Origin: Paraphysomonas bandaiensis
Taxonomy: Eukaryota; Protista; Chrysophyceae
Assembly (NCBI GenBank): GCA_965644295.1
Contig: CBFFRP010000109.1
Coordinates: 1-64,000 of the forward strand
Length of the DNA: 64,000 bases
Direction: 5' to 3'
Under the pieces are notes generated by a model that was not told the DNA's origin, did not search any database, and saw nothing but the letters and a program-made list of their open reading frames with translations. The translations under genes were made by a program, and so were the position numbers. Below are positions 54,901 to 64,000 of this stretch, in pieces (position 1 is the first letter of the stretch; each line of letters begins with the position of its first letter).

Positions 54901-56030
54901 AAGTATGACGCCTTGCATACTGTACATGAATAGGATTCACTCTGCTCACCCACAACAAAAGTAAACACCGTTTCCATTGTCGTATGGTTAGTTTCCGCAT
55001 CCACACATTGGTCCTCCTGAGTGATGATACTTGCACCAGAAGTTGTACGATTAAATGCACGCAAACCAGTTGAATCAGCTAAACTAGTTGCACTACCGAC
55101 TATACCAAATATACCAGGAGCCATGGTGTACCTGTACTTGAAATCAATGTGCCGATTACTATCAGTAACACCATCAAATATTGCCCCCTCCAGTGTTAGT
55201 CCTTCAACACAACTTATGGCAACACCATCCGCAAATGAAAAATACGCTAATGTTTCGGCTGTCTCATTCATTACATAGTACGACGGGTCTGACGAATCGT
55301 GTGGCTGCAAAACAGCTCGGAAGAAACGACGACCCACCAATAGAGTGCGAGGTATTAACAAACGGTCATATACCAAAGTCTGCAACTGCAAAACCACTCC
55401 AGCATCTACACCATCTGGGTACGCACAGAATATAGTAGACGACTCGCAGCCTGCAGGGAAATTGAAACGAATAAAATTGTTATCGTTAGTAACATCTTCG
55501 TTTTCACGAGTGATCGGGCCTGAGTCAACAACAAACATATTGTTTGACACGTTATACACACCATGCTCAGCTACAAGCCACGACAGTGTCATTGGTGGAT
55601 AAATAGGCTGTGGAATCGCCCACTCTTTTGAACAGAAACTGTCATTTGCTTGATAAATACGTGTCTCGAAAGTAACTGATCCAGTTGTCTGCACATTTCT
55701 AACTCTAGCGATCGCAGGGAACCCATCTGAAGGTGAATCGCCAGGTATATTAGGAAGACTCACAAATACACTAGCATTTCGGAAATTGGTCAATACCGTT
55801 GTCACGGTAACCCATTCCTGGTCATCTGCACTAACGAAGCCGCTCTCAATCCAATTATCTCGTACGGGAAGCTTAGCAACCATGTCTATGACATCTGTGT
55901 GGTTGGTGTCTACTGGAGGACATAATGGGCTACTTGACGGAGAGAGAGTGGGTGCTTCAGTTGCAATAGTTAGTGTACTTACAGCAGTGAGCATCAGTAC
56001 GGCTGCAAAGGCGGAAGTGGTCATCGCCAT
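36935..56030 (-). CDS. Giant (~6365 aa) intronless polycystin-1/REJ-like multi-pass receptor; the 755-aa and 5626-aa ORFs are one gene split by a 2-nt homopolymer difference at 53786-53791
   Basis: Signal peptide; six ~330-aa repeats; LRRNT+LRR (WTGMNC...LTGTIP...LAGPIPQELGQL); P/T/S stalk; REJ motifs (LDGSLSFD..YSWDC, NTPPSSG.LSVTP..WED..DYPL); EGF (CSGQGQC..CTCFTGFGGGDC); GPS-like cysteines; TM1 then HHRWARIF..PRVIRF and further TM helices. Confidence 0.88.
44243..46130 (-). repeat. Coding tandem array, 177 bp (59 aa) x ~10.7, mucin-like
   Basis: Unit starts every 177 bp (44243, 44420, 44597 ... 46013); units differ almost only at T/I and A/V sites. Confidence 0.97.
48005..55880 (-). repeat. 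Six ~1-kb coding domain repeats (types B,A,A,A,B,A), including a 1611-bp tandem period
   Basis: Matching shadow ORFs start at 51162, 52773 and 54382 (periods 1611 and 1609); pairs 48295/50641 and 49447/55181 are near-identical. Confidence 0.95.
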
Positions 56031-56849
56031 GAATTATTTTTTTCAAACTGAAAAGACTGTGTCTACTTGATCATGTATGAGGAAATAAACGTAAATCGAC
56101 TGCAGCTCTACTGTTGATGATAGTATTGCGCATCACTCTCATTGAACTATCTCCTTCACATGGAGCATATGGAGCATAGTTCCCATATCATATCCATTTA
56201 TGTCAACATACACGCACATCATCCAAAATTTCACTGCCAAGATCCAAAAGTCGTGCATCGCTAGAATCCAATCGATCGAACGTAGTGCTGTTTTATTGGC
56301 CCAATTATACAGAGGTCCATTGTTAACAGCCAATAGTTAAGAGTGTTCAATCCAACAGGATACGGCACTGGATTCAATTTGCAGGGTTACTGGAGAGTCA
56401 TGTACGTAACAGTGTTATACTCCAGATGATTTGAGATAAAGCGGCAAGTGGAATATTTCAATACGATATCTACATGCAGTGCAGTCAACACAGGCTGCAG
56501 AAACATATCAGTAAGTGCTAAAGTTCGAAGATACGTTGGTTTCAGCGGCTAGCACCAACATATGAAAATCAAGAGATTACTACACCTAATATACTGAGAC
56601 ATATCAAGTCCATAATTCAATTTCTATATGGCTCAGCGTGTATGTTATGGTATGGTGTTCACTCGTGCTAGCTGCTACACGCGGAGAAGATTCTTGCCGA
56701 ATACGAGGACTATCTTGGATCAACTAATAAAAGTCGAAAATCTCCGCTGCCAAATATTCCATAGAATAAATTCATCAGCCTGATGTGAAAGATTGAGTTG
56801 AGAACTATCCGTACCGCAGCTTACGAAAGCAATGTAATATAAGTTGATG

Positions 56850-57600
56850 AACTCTAGACCAGATATTGCCTATGCTGTCGGTCTAGATATGCTTTTATGC
56901 CAATGATGGCTACCTGTAATTTGATATTAGTACAATATGTTAGGGGCACCGTTTGGAAAGGTATCTGGTTCAGCGGTACCAGCTTCGATATGCACATGTT
57001 CACTGATTCAGCTTGGGCTGAAGACATAATGTCTCGCCGACCCACGACCGATTTCATCGGATGGACCACTTTCTTGGTAGTCCATACTACAAGCCCCTAT
57101 ATCGACGTCATCAATGCAGGGTGAGTATGCCGGTATGCAGAAACGGGTGTGGCTTCGGGAGTGTTGGCGGAACTAGGACTTCGACTGTGCGAACCTAGTT
57201 ACACAAGTGTTCAAAACATAATGAGATCAAATACCACTGGGTACGTGACATGTTGATCATTCAGCACTGCGATATTGTATAACGTTGAAACAGATGATCA
57301 AAGTGAGAGGTATTCACGAAGTCGTTGTGTAGTGTGATTTATGAGAAGCGTAGAAGAGGTGTCTAGGTGAGGATCAGATCGGTGGAGGTCACCGGAGAAA
57401 ATTAGTACAATCGCGGAGATCGTAAAAGAGTTGACAAGGGTGTAGGTGGCTGAAGTGTCGGAGTCATACGCCCACCAGTTTGTCCTTGGTTTTTGGTGGT
57501 TGCATATCCGTCAGTTATGTCTCGTGATGTGAAATTCTATCTACAGCTTTTGAATTGAGAGTGTTGAGTTTTTGCGTTTAGCTGTTTGTAAACAATTAAA
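56850..57600 (+). mobile_element. Degenerate copia RT-end/RNase H relic with probable PPT and LTR start (~57562)
   Basis: RPDIAYAV, FTDSAWAED..SRRPTT and EIKYHWVR in broken frames; GAGAG followed by TGTTGAG. Confidence 0.8.
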
Positions 57601-57769
57601 AGGTGTGTTTCTAAGGTATTTGAATTTAGACCGTTATCTTCAGAATACAGTATATGTAAACAGTATTACAGGCACTAATGATATGAATTATATTTGTGAA
57701 ACTGAAATATATTGACAGTATAAGATATTGATCTAAGATCTGATTAAATTGATTGGTAGTAGAGGGGTA

Positions 57770-57955
57770 AATGTCTGTTTATATAGCAATAGGAGTTCAA
57801 GAGTCAGAACCAGATTAGTAGATAGATGAACAAACTAGTCAAGCTAGATAAGTATCTGCCATTTACTAACAAGTGCATACTCTGATGTCCTACTATTTAA
57901 CGCTAAGAGAATTGTTTGTGCGTCACCGCAAGTATCAAGGTGCGACCATTCTCGC
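57770..57955 (-). repeat. Diverged copy of the non-LTR 3' terminal module
   Basis: TAGCAATAGG...TCCTACTATTTAACGCTA...TTGTGCGTCACCGCAAG..CAAGGTGC matches 19920-20080. Confidence 0.75.
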
Positions 57956-58598
57956 TATATTCATAAAAGTGTATGTAGGGGACGTTGAACTACTACTACT
58001 ACACTGGAACGCTTAAGACTACACATACATTTTGATTGGTAGTAGAGATTACATAAATGTGGTGCATGACAATGAATGATGAGAGATGTTGATCATAGTT
58101 TAAGAATTGATTATTACATACACTTTCTGTTTTGTAATTTATTTAAAACGTCCCACAGAAATTCTAGGTTGGATATTACGTGCTATATTTTATTATGCAT
58201 TGCAAGTAATACAATTCCAATTTGATTTTGCCAAGAACGACTATTTTAACATTGCGCAACTTGACATACCAGAGAGGTGGCATCTATTTTATGTGTAGCA
58301 CACGTATACATACTACTAGAAAAAATATATGTTATGAACTTTACGACTTCACTAAAATAGTAAAGCTTTTCTGCTTGTTGTTATACGTCCCAATTTACTT
58401 CATATTGCCTGTCTGAGCTAGCCCTATCTCTAATATAGTAGTGCAATACCTTGCGGCGATTACAATCAGAATGAAATAGTATCGAAGTCAACAACGAACT
58501 AAATACATGTGAATGAAAATATTTACGTGAGTTCATTGAGACGAAGCCCTGCTACACACCAACAAGCACGCTAGTGTGTCAGAATACTGTGCGTAACC

Positions 58599-60211
58599 CT
58601 ATAGTTGAATAGACGTCTCGTTGTCATCGTACAAACCAAACTTCAGCCTGGAATATAAGTTCTTGAAGAGGGTTCTCAAGTAACGATAATTTGGCTTCTC
58701 AAAAAAACCCAGTGATTTAACATGACGAAAATATTCCTTGTACTCTCCTAAAAAATTGAACACCCATTATAAGCAGTATACCAGACATAGAATGGGGTAA
58801 ATCACCAGGCACGCCGGCACACAGATCCCTTAATGTGGTCCTAGCCATTATCCTAAAAAATTAAGTTAATGTACACAATATGTGTTGTAGTCAAAGAAAT
58901 ATCCAAGCATATATACGGCAACTCAACATAAGAATATCAGTGCAACAGTGTGAGAATAAATTCATAGGCAAGATATATCATTGGTATAGTAAAATGGCAC
59001 CCTGCATGAACACCTCTCAATAGCGTGGAATGCATCGTTCCCTTCACTGTCCTCCCCCTCGTCTACAGCCTCCCTCCAGGGGAGAGTGTATCCTGGATAC
59101 AGCGCCAGAAGCACATAACCCAGGGCTTCCATGTCGTCTCTTCTGGATTGCTCTGCAGTAACAGGTATCATTAAAGTACTCCCGTTAGTACAATGTTGTT
59201 GGCAATAATGAGAATTCTGCTTCAGTTTGTGTGTATCACAGATAGAAATGACGTGCAGCACAAACTGATAAGCTATTGAGTCAACAATGCTGCATGTCGT
59301 GTGCTGCCTGCACAGATAGTTACCTATTCCTAACAGCGCATTGTGAGACATGTATCCCTTTGTTCCAGCTATACTATGCTCATCTGTGTACCGTACGTGA
59401 AGACCTGAGCTACTTCTATAGAACGATGATAGACCGAAGTCGACTATGTAAACTGTCGAATTATGACGTCCCACTCCCAGGGCAAAGTTATGAGGTTTAA
59501 TGTCCCTGTCATCCACATGAAAGGATAAAAACGACAAAAAAGATGACATTCGTGCAATGAAAGAAGTACCCCCTCACTCACCTGTGTACTATATACTTCT
59601 CGTGTATTTGTTCAAGAAGTGACACAGTCTGGATAGCAATTACTACTGCATTTTTAATCGCAACATGATCTTTCTGTCCAATGGTAGGTCGATGTCCATG
59701 ATTGTACTTTTTATCGTTTCGTTTACGAATAGCGTCGTTAAGATTGCTTCCCAGTCGCTGCATAACCATGGCGTTGTACTGTTTGCCAAGGAACGAGCCC
59801 TGCCAGTATACTGTTGGCACCCCTACTGCATAACACAAAGTTATGAAGCAGCTTCGCAACATAGATCAACTAACCAGTTCCATTAAACATCTTTAATATA
59901 TTATATTCTTTTTGCAGGGTCGACTTTCGCTTCCCATTTTCCTGGTATATGACCGTCATATAGTAATTCTGGACTATTCAACACCAACCATTTTAATTGC
60001 AACATCTCCATTGGTGTGTATGCTTCGACCGGCATACACACTTCCACAACACCCACTTCGAATGTGAGAGGTCAGCTTAAACTGTAATCAGAGTTGTTAG
60101 GCCTAGAGCCAAAGAATGTATGGACATCACACCTCATTAGCCACCAGCTCCGCGTCGATAACATCCTGACTAAGGGTAGGAGCAGGGAAGTGCTCCGAAA
60201 GGGCGTACCAT
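58599..60211 (-). CDS. Casein kinase 1-like Ser/Thr kinase, multi-exon, divergent
   Basis: VAIKM|E, GVPTVYW, MVMQRLGSNL, IVHR|DIKPHNF, DFGLS, GTKGYMS, EQSRRDDMEALGY, LPW, LGFFEKPNY.YLR.LF; stop at 58599-58601; probable ATG micro-exon at 60209-60211. Confidence 0.9.
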
Positions 60212-61488
60212 AATACGGAGCACACTCCTGTTGTTGTTTATGCATCACCTCTATATATATACATGTGCATGCATGACCTTATCAATACATACGAATCCCA
60301 CGTAATTATACATACACAGGAACATATACATCGTCTATGGTAATATATAAGCATTCACCGCACCTATCAAACACCCTATCGCAATATGCTTCAGCCTAAT
60401 TCTCCTCATGATTCTCTCAATAACCAAGAAAGTACCCTGCTCGAAACATGACAATAAGATTGTTGTGCAGCTACAGTCGGCTGGATAATTCACCAGCAGC
60501 GAGGAGAGAGATACTATGCTGTATGTATGCGTATACGAAGTACTGTAATCTTGGCTGGTAGTTCTTTTGAAAAGGTGCATTTTTGAAGGGATTCAGGTGT
60601 TTTTTTGCTAAAAAGTGCAAAAATGTAATTCTAAACACTGTTTTTTACATTGAAATCCAAATAGACAAGACATGAAGGGGCCCTGACGCATGACAGTGCC
60701 GTTATTATCCTTTGTCATTCATGGAACACTGGACATGAACATGCAACCAGAGTTTTTCATTTCACAAGGCGCTTCTTTCATTATCACAGTTTTTACGTTA
60801 TATCGTTCCAATTCCTCGAGTTTCTCTCACGCCCAGCTCTACTGATCCACACCACATAGTGAAGTTTAGATATGAAGCACTCATAAGGTTAGTATACGGC
60901 TGGACACTCACATATATGAATACTGTGCAATTCCTAAAACTAGTTTTTGGATTAGGTCTGATTTGTGTTCTCGGTGACTTCTCTACACGATATCAAGGTC
61001 GTATGAGAACAGAAATGGAAGGGCGCCATGACCAAGGTTCGGGCAGATAAACTTGAACCAGTCCAGTCTAAGGACAATGCTGGACCTCTATAATGATTTA
61101 CGATAGTCCGAGATTTTGCAGTTAGGCAGTGTGAACTATTTCTGCTGAGAGCTCCTCGGGTAGTGAGTATTATGAGGATGTATTACAACACCAAACTTCA
61201 CTACAACGCACACGAACACTTCTGCTCTCAGTGTCACCCGAATTCTTATTGCATGAGAAGTTGCAACACCACACCTTCCACTGTGGTGCCCATTGAAGAA
61301 CAGGGCCTGACAAGGTCCATCGTCTACAAGGGCAGGTGCGGCAAGGTTATCTTGAGTTGATTTTCTTGAGTTCTTCTCCTTATCCTCTTTTTCGTGCTCA
61401 GTCTCAACTTTCTTGCGCTCCTTTTCAGCTGTGATATTAACGCAATGCCAGTTTCCTCATATTTGGTTCATAGTTGCTCCCATTCTTG

Positions 61489-61548
61489 ATACATACATAC
61501 ACACATACACATGCACATACATACATACACATGCATTACACATGCATG
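61489..61548. repeat. Imperfect (TACA)n/(CA)n microsatellite
   Basis: ATACATACATACACACATACACATGCACATACATACATACAC... Confidence 0.7.
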
Positions 61549-62087
61549 CTTTTGCTGCAAATTAACGACAAATCTTGAGCATATATAAATTTCACCTAAT
61601 CTTATAGTTCATTACAGTACACCATCTAGTTCTCGTTATTGCTTGCGCATGTAACAGAAAAGCAATAACTGTACCCCAATGAATGAACTGATTATTACTC
61701 AACAGCCCAATAGTACTCCAGCTACACACTCTACTACTCTAGTACCACTACTTATTATATATTGAAAGTCTTATTATTTAGCGATAGGCGATTTTAGATT
61801 GACATCTGCTCGACCTTTACCTACCCAGAGATATAATGAAATCTAGAACTGCTTTATTCATATATATAGTATATAGGAATACTTTCAACATGCTGTTCTG
61901 TGCCACTAGTACTCTATTCACAATTCAACTCATTTTATAAACATTTCTCCTTATTATATATTTCGGTAATTAGTACAGCAATTGCCTAAGTAACCGAAGA
62001 AACATCATTTCAACACACTTCGACGACTGTCTTGCCATTAAAATTACGAAATTGGACCCACTATATCACACACTACAAAATCTGAAA

Positions 62088-63077
62088 TTACACTTGTTTA
62101 ACACCAGTCGTGTAGGTAACGTCGTAAGTAATGCCACACATATCTTCACCATAAGCAAGGCGAATGTAACCATTCTCACCCCAACTGTCTGACCACGAGT
62201 TTCGGACCTTCCAGTATCCAGCACCAGTATCGACACCAACCAACTGGACAGCGTGATTGATAGAATCACCACAAGTGCTCATGACACCGCCAGTGTACGT
62301 GCTCCAAGTAGTAGCATCGATGGCAATTGAGAGAGGACCAGTAGACTTGATATAGTCAGCCATAGCAGCTTCACCATCGGTAATGGTCTCGTATCCACCG
62401 ACAGTAAGGACATATTTGCTGCTTTCAGAATGGCAAGAGTCAGCAGATCCATCCTCGCCAGAGATATATGGGTAGTCAGATTCAGTCTCAATACCACCCG
62501 TTCTCTTGACGTAGTTATAGGCTCTCTCTTGAAGACCACCGTTACACCCCATAGAAGTACGGTCGCACTCAACCAACTGCTGAGGGGATAGTGTGTAAGT
62601 CACAGACAACTCTCTCATAGCGTCGGACTCAATCTGCTCAGAGGCAGCGAAGGCCCAACAAGAACCACAGTAGCCCTGATCCTTGACAGGAGTTGTATAA
62701 ATTCCGCTCCAGTCAACAAGTTCTTCGGTGCCCGTGTAAGGCGCAACCTTAGCAGACGACACATTTGTCTTCTCCCCCTTGGTGTAGGTGAGGTACCTGG
62801 ACTTGAACTCTTCAGGTGTGAGGTCAGAGAAGCGTGTGATACCATGAACAGCTGATCCATGTGCTTTCTTCTCAGCGGCATTTCTCTCATCAATGTGTCT
62901 TAAGTTCTGCACGAAGACAGCGAATCGGTTGGACTCTTCCTCCATGGTGGGGTAGGACTTGCGGTGATCCCTCTTAAAAGATTCCCACATCAATTTTAGG
63001 TTCTGAGCGGGAGCGGAGCTAAGCTCAGCCGACACAGTGGCCGCAAGCATAGATACAGCAAGAGTCTGATAGATCAT
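62088..63077 (-). CDS. Papain-family (C1A) cysteine protease, cathepsin L/F-like preproenzyme, intronless
   Basis: Signal peptide; I29 prodomain (E..RF..F..N...I...N; GITRFSDLT); QGYCGSCWAF, NHAV, RNSW. Confidence 0.97.
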   Translation of the reverse strand: MIYQTLAVSMLAATVSAELSSAPAQNLKLMWESFKRDHRKSYPTMEEESNRFAVFVQNLRHIDERNAAEKKAHGSAVHGITRFSDLTPEEFKSRYLTYTKGEKTNVSSAKVAPYTGTEELVDWSGIYTTPVKDQGYCGSCWAFAASEQIESDAMRELSVTYTLSPQQLVECDRTSMGCNGGLQERAYNYVKRTGGIETESDYPYISGEDGSADSCHSESSKYVLTVGGYETITDGEAAMADYIKSTGPLSIAIDATTWSTYTGGVMSTCGDSINHAVQLVGVDTGAGYWKVRNSWSDSWGENGYIRLAYGEDMCGITYDVTYTTGVKQV

Positions 63078-63676
63078 TTTGTAGTTGGTTAGGGAAGCGG
63101 TGGCAGGAAAGTGATATCACAGAAGTGGGTTGAATAATGATCCAAGTAGGAATTCTTAACATACTCCTCTTGTCCCTCAGAATTGATGACGTAGAACGCA
63201 AGAAGTGTTGCATCATATCTCTTCCTGAATCTTCAAGGTAACTGGAATCTTGTAGAGGTACGCTGATGGAAACTGAAATTGTATGGCCTTTTATACTTAA
63301 AGTAGTTTTTTTTTATAGTTTTCAGTCTATGTAAAATCATGTCCTACGGCGTTCGTAGGAATTCCTGGTATGTATGAATTTTGGTGCTGGATTTTCGGGT
63401 AATCCAGCACTTTTTTGGTCTACCGATCGCACCCTAAAGTACTCAATTATTCCGTAGTTTTTGGGCATTTCGTGTTTGCAGATTAGAGTGGAATTAAAAG
63501 TAAGTAAGTTGTGGGCTAATCAAAAGAGTTCATGGGAATATGATTGGTTATACTATGATGATGTAGTAATAACGGTATTGTGTGTAGATTCGCAGTGTGT
63601 ACTTGTTTATCACCCCCCCGTACACAATATACCTACTGGCGTTTTAAGTTGGAGATTGGTGTATACCGGAGTGGAG

Positions 63677-64000
63677 ATGAGTGCTCCAAAGAAAAAGTCT
63701 TGGGCCGGAAAACTAGTTAATTCTTTTCTTGGGAAACAGAAATCGGACAGGAGCATTGGCGATAAAAATCGTACCAGCATCCCTCACCGTAATCTGCCTG
63801 CACGATCTGATAGTGAAGCTAACTTTCAGAGGAGTACTGCCGTGCCCAAATCTTCTAGAGCAGTGAGTAATGTGTCAAGGAGGAGGCGCAATTATTCGGA
63901 TCGTGTGAAGGAGGCAGACCAAGAACAAGCACAGGACTGTAGCCTCGAGTCTGATAATACCGTCACTAATGATAAAATCACTTATTCGTCTTCTCGGTCT
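63677..64000 (+). CDS. 5' end of a hypothetical protein (runs off window end)
   Basis: ATG at 63677, frame open for 108 codons (MSAPKKKSWAGKLVNSFLGKQK...); divergent from the protease gene. Confidence 0.45.
   Translation, partial: MSAPKKKSWAGKLVNSFLGKQKSDRSIGDKNRTSIPHRNLPARSDSEANFQRSTAVPKSSRAVSNVSRRRRNYSDRVKEADQEQAQDCSLESDNTVTNDKITYSSSRS

Noticed and set aside
59940-59990. In-frame TAG in the CK1 N-lobe suggesting stop-codon reassignment
   Set aside because: It falls inside a GT-AG intron (GTTGGT...ACCAG) whose removal restores AIKM-E; TAG, TAA and TGA all terminate genes in this window.

Overview
Eukaryotic nuclear DNA of moderate GC content with many short (mostly ~40-60 nt) GT-AG introns. 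Gene content and transposon style suggest a flagellated stramenopile (chrysophyte-like), which is inference only. The dominant feature is a ~19.1 kb intronless minus-strand gene (56030->36935) for a ~6365-aa polycystin-1/REJ-type multi-pass surface receptor. Its order is: signal peptide, six ~330-aa tripartite lectin-like units resembling bacterial H-type-lectin/MshQ-like modules, a plant-RLK-type LRR, a 59-aa mucin array, REJ, EGF, an atypical GPS and PKD1-like TM segments. It is split by a 2-base-shorter homopolymer (G6 versus G8 in the sister repeat). Other genes: a 2OG-Fe(II) oxygenase, a dually acylated coiled-coil protein, an STPG/SHIPPO flagellar protein, a GT31 glycosyltransferase with non-canonical catalytic motifs, an LRR/coiled-coil protein, a divergent casein kinase 1, a papain-family protease and an RCC1-like propeller pseudogene. 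Transposon debris is abundant: a three-level LTR nest at 1-4842, a solo LTR with a 5-bp TSD, hAT relics, non-LTR fragments with a repeated 3' module, and a chromovirus 3' end. Exon boundaries and domain names were read by eye, not by database search.
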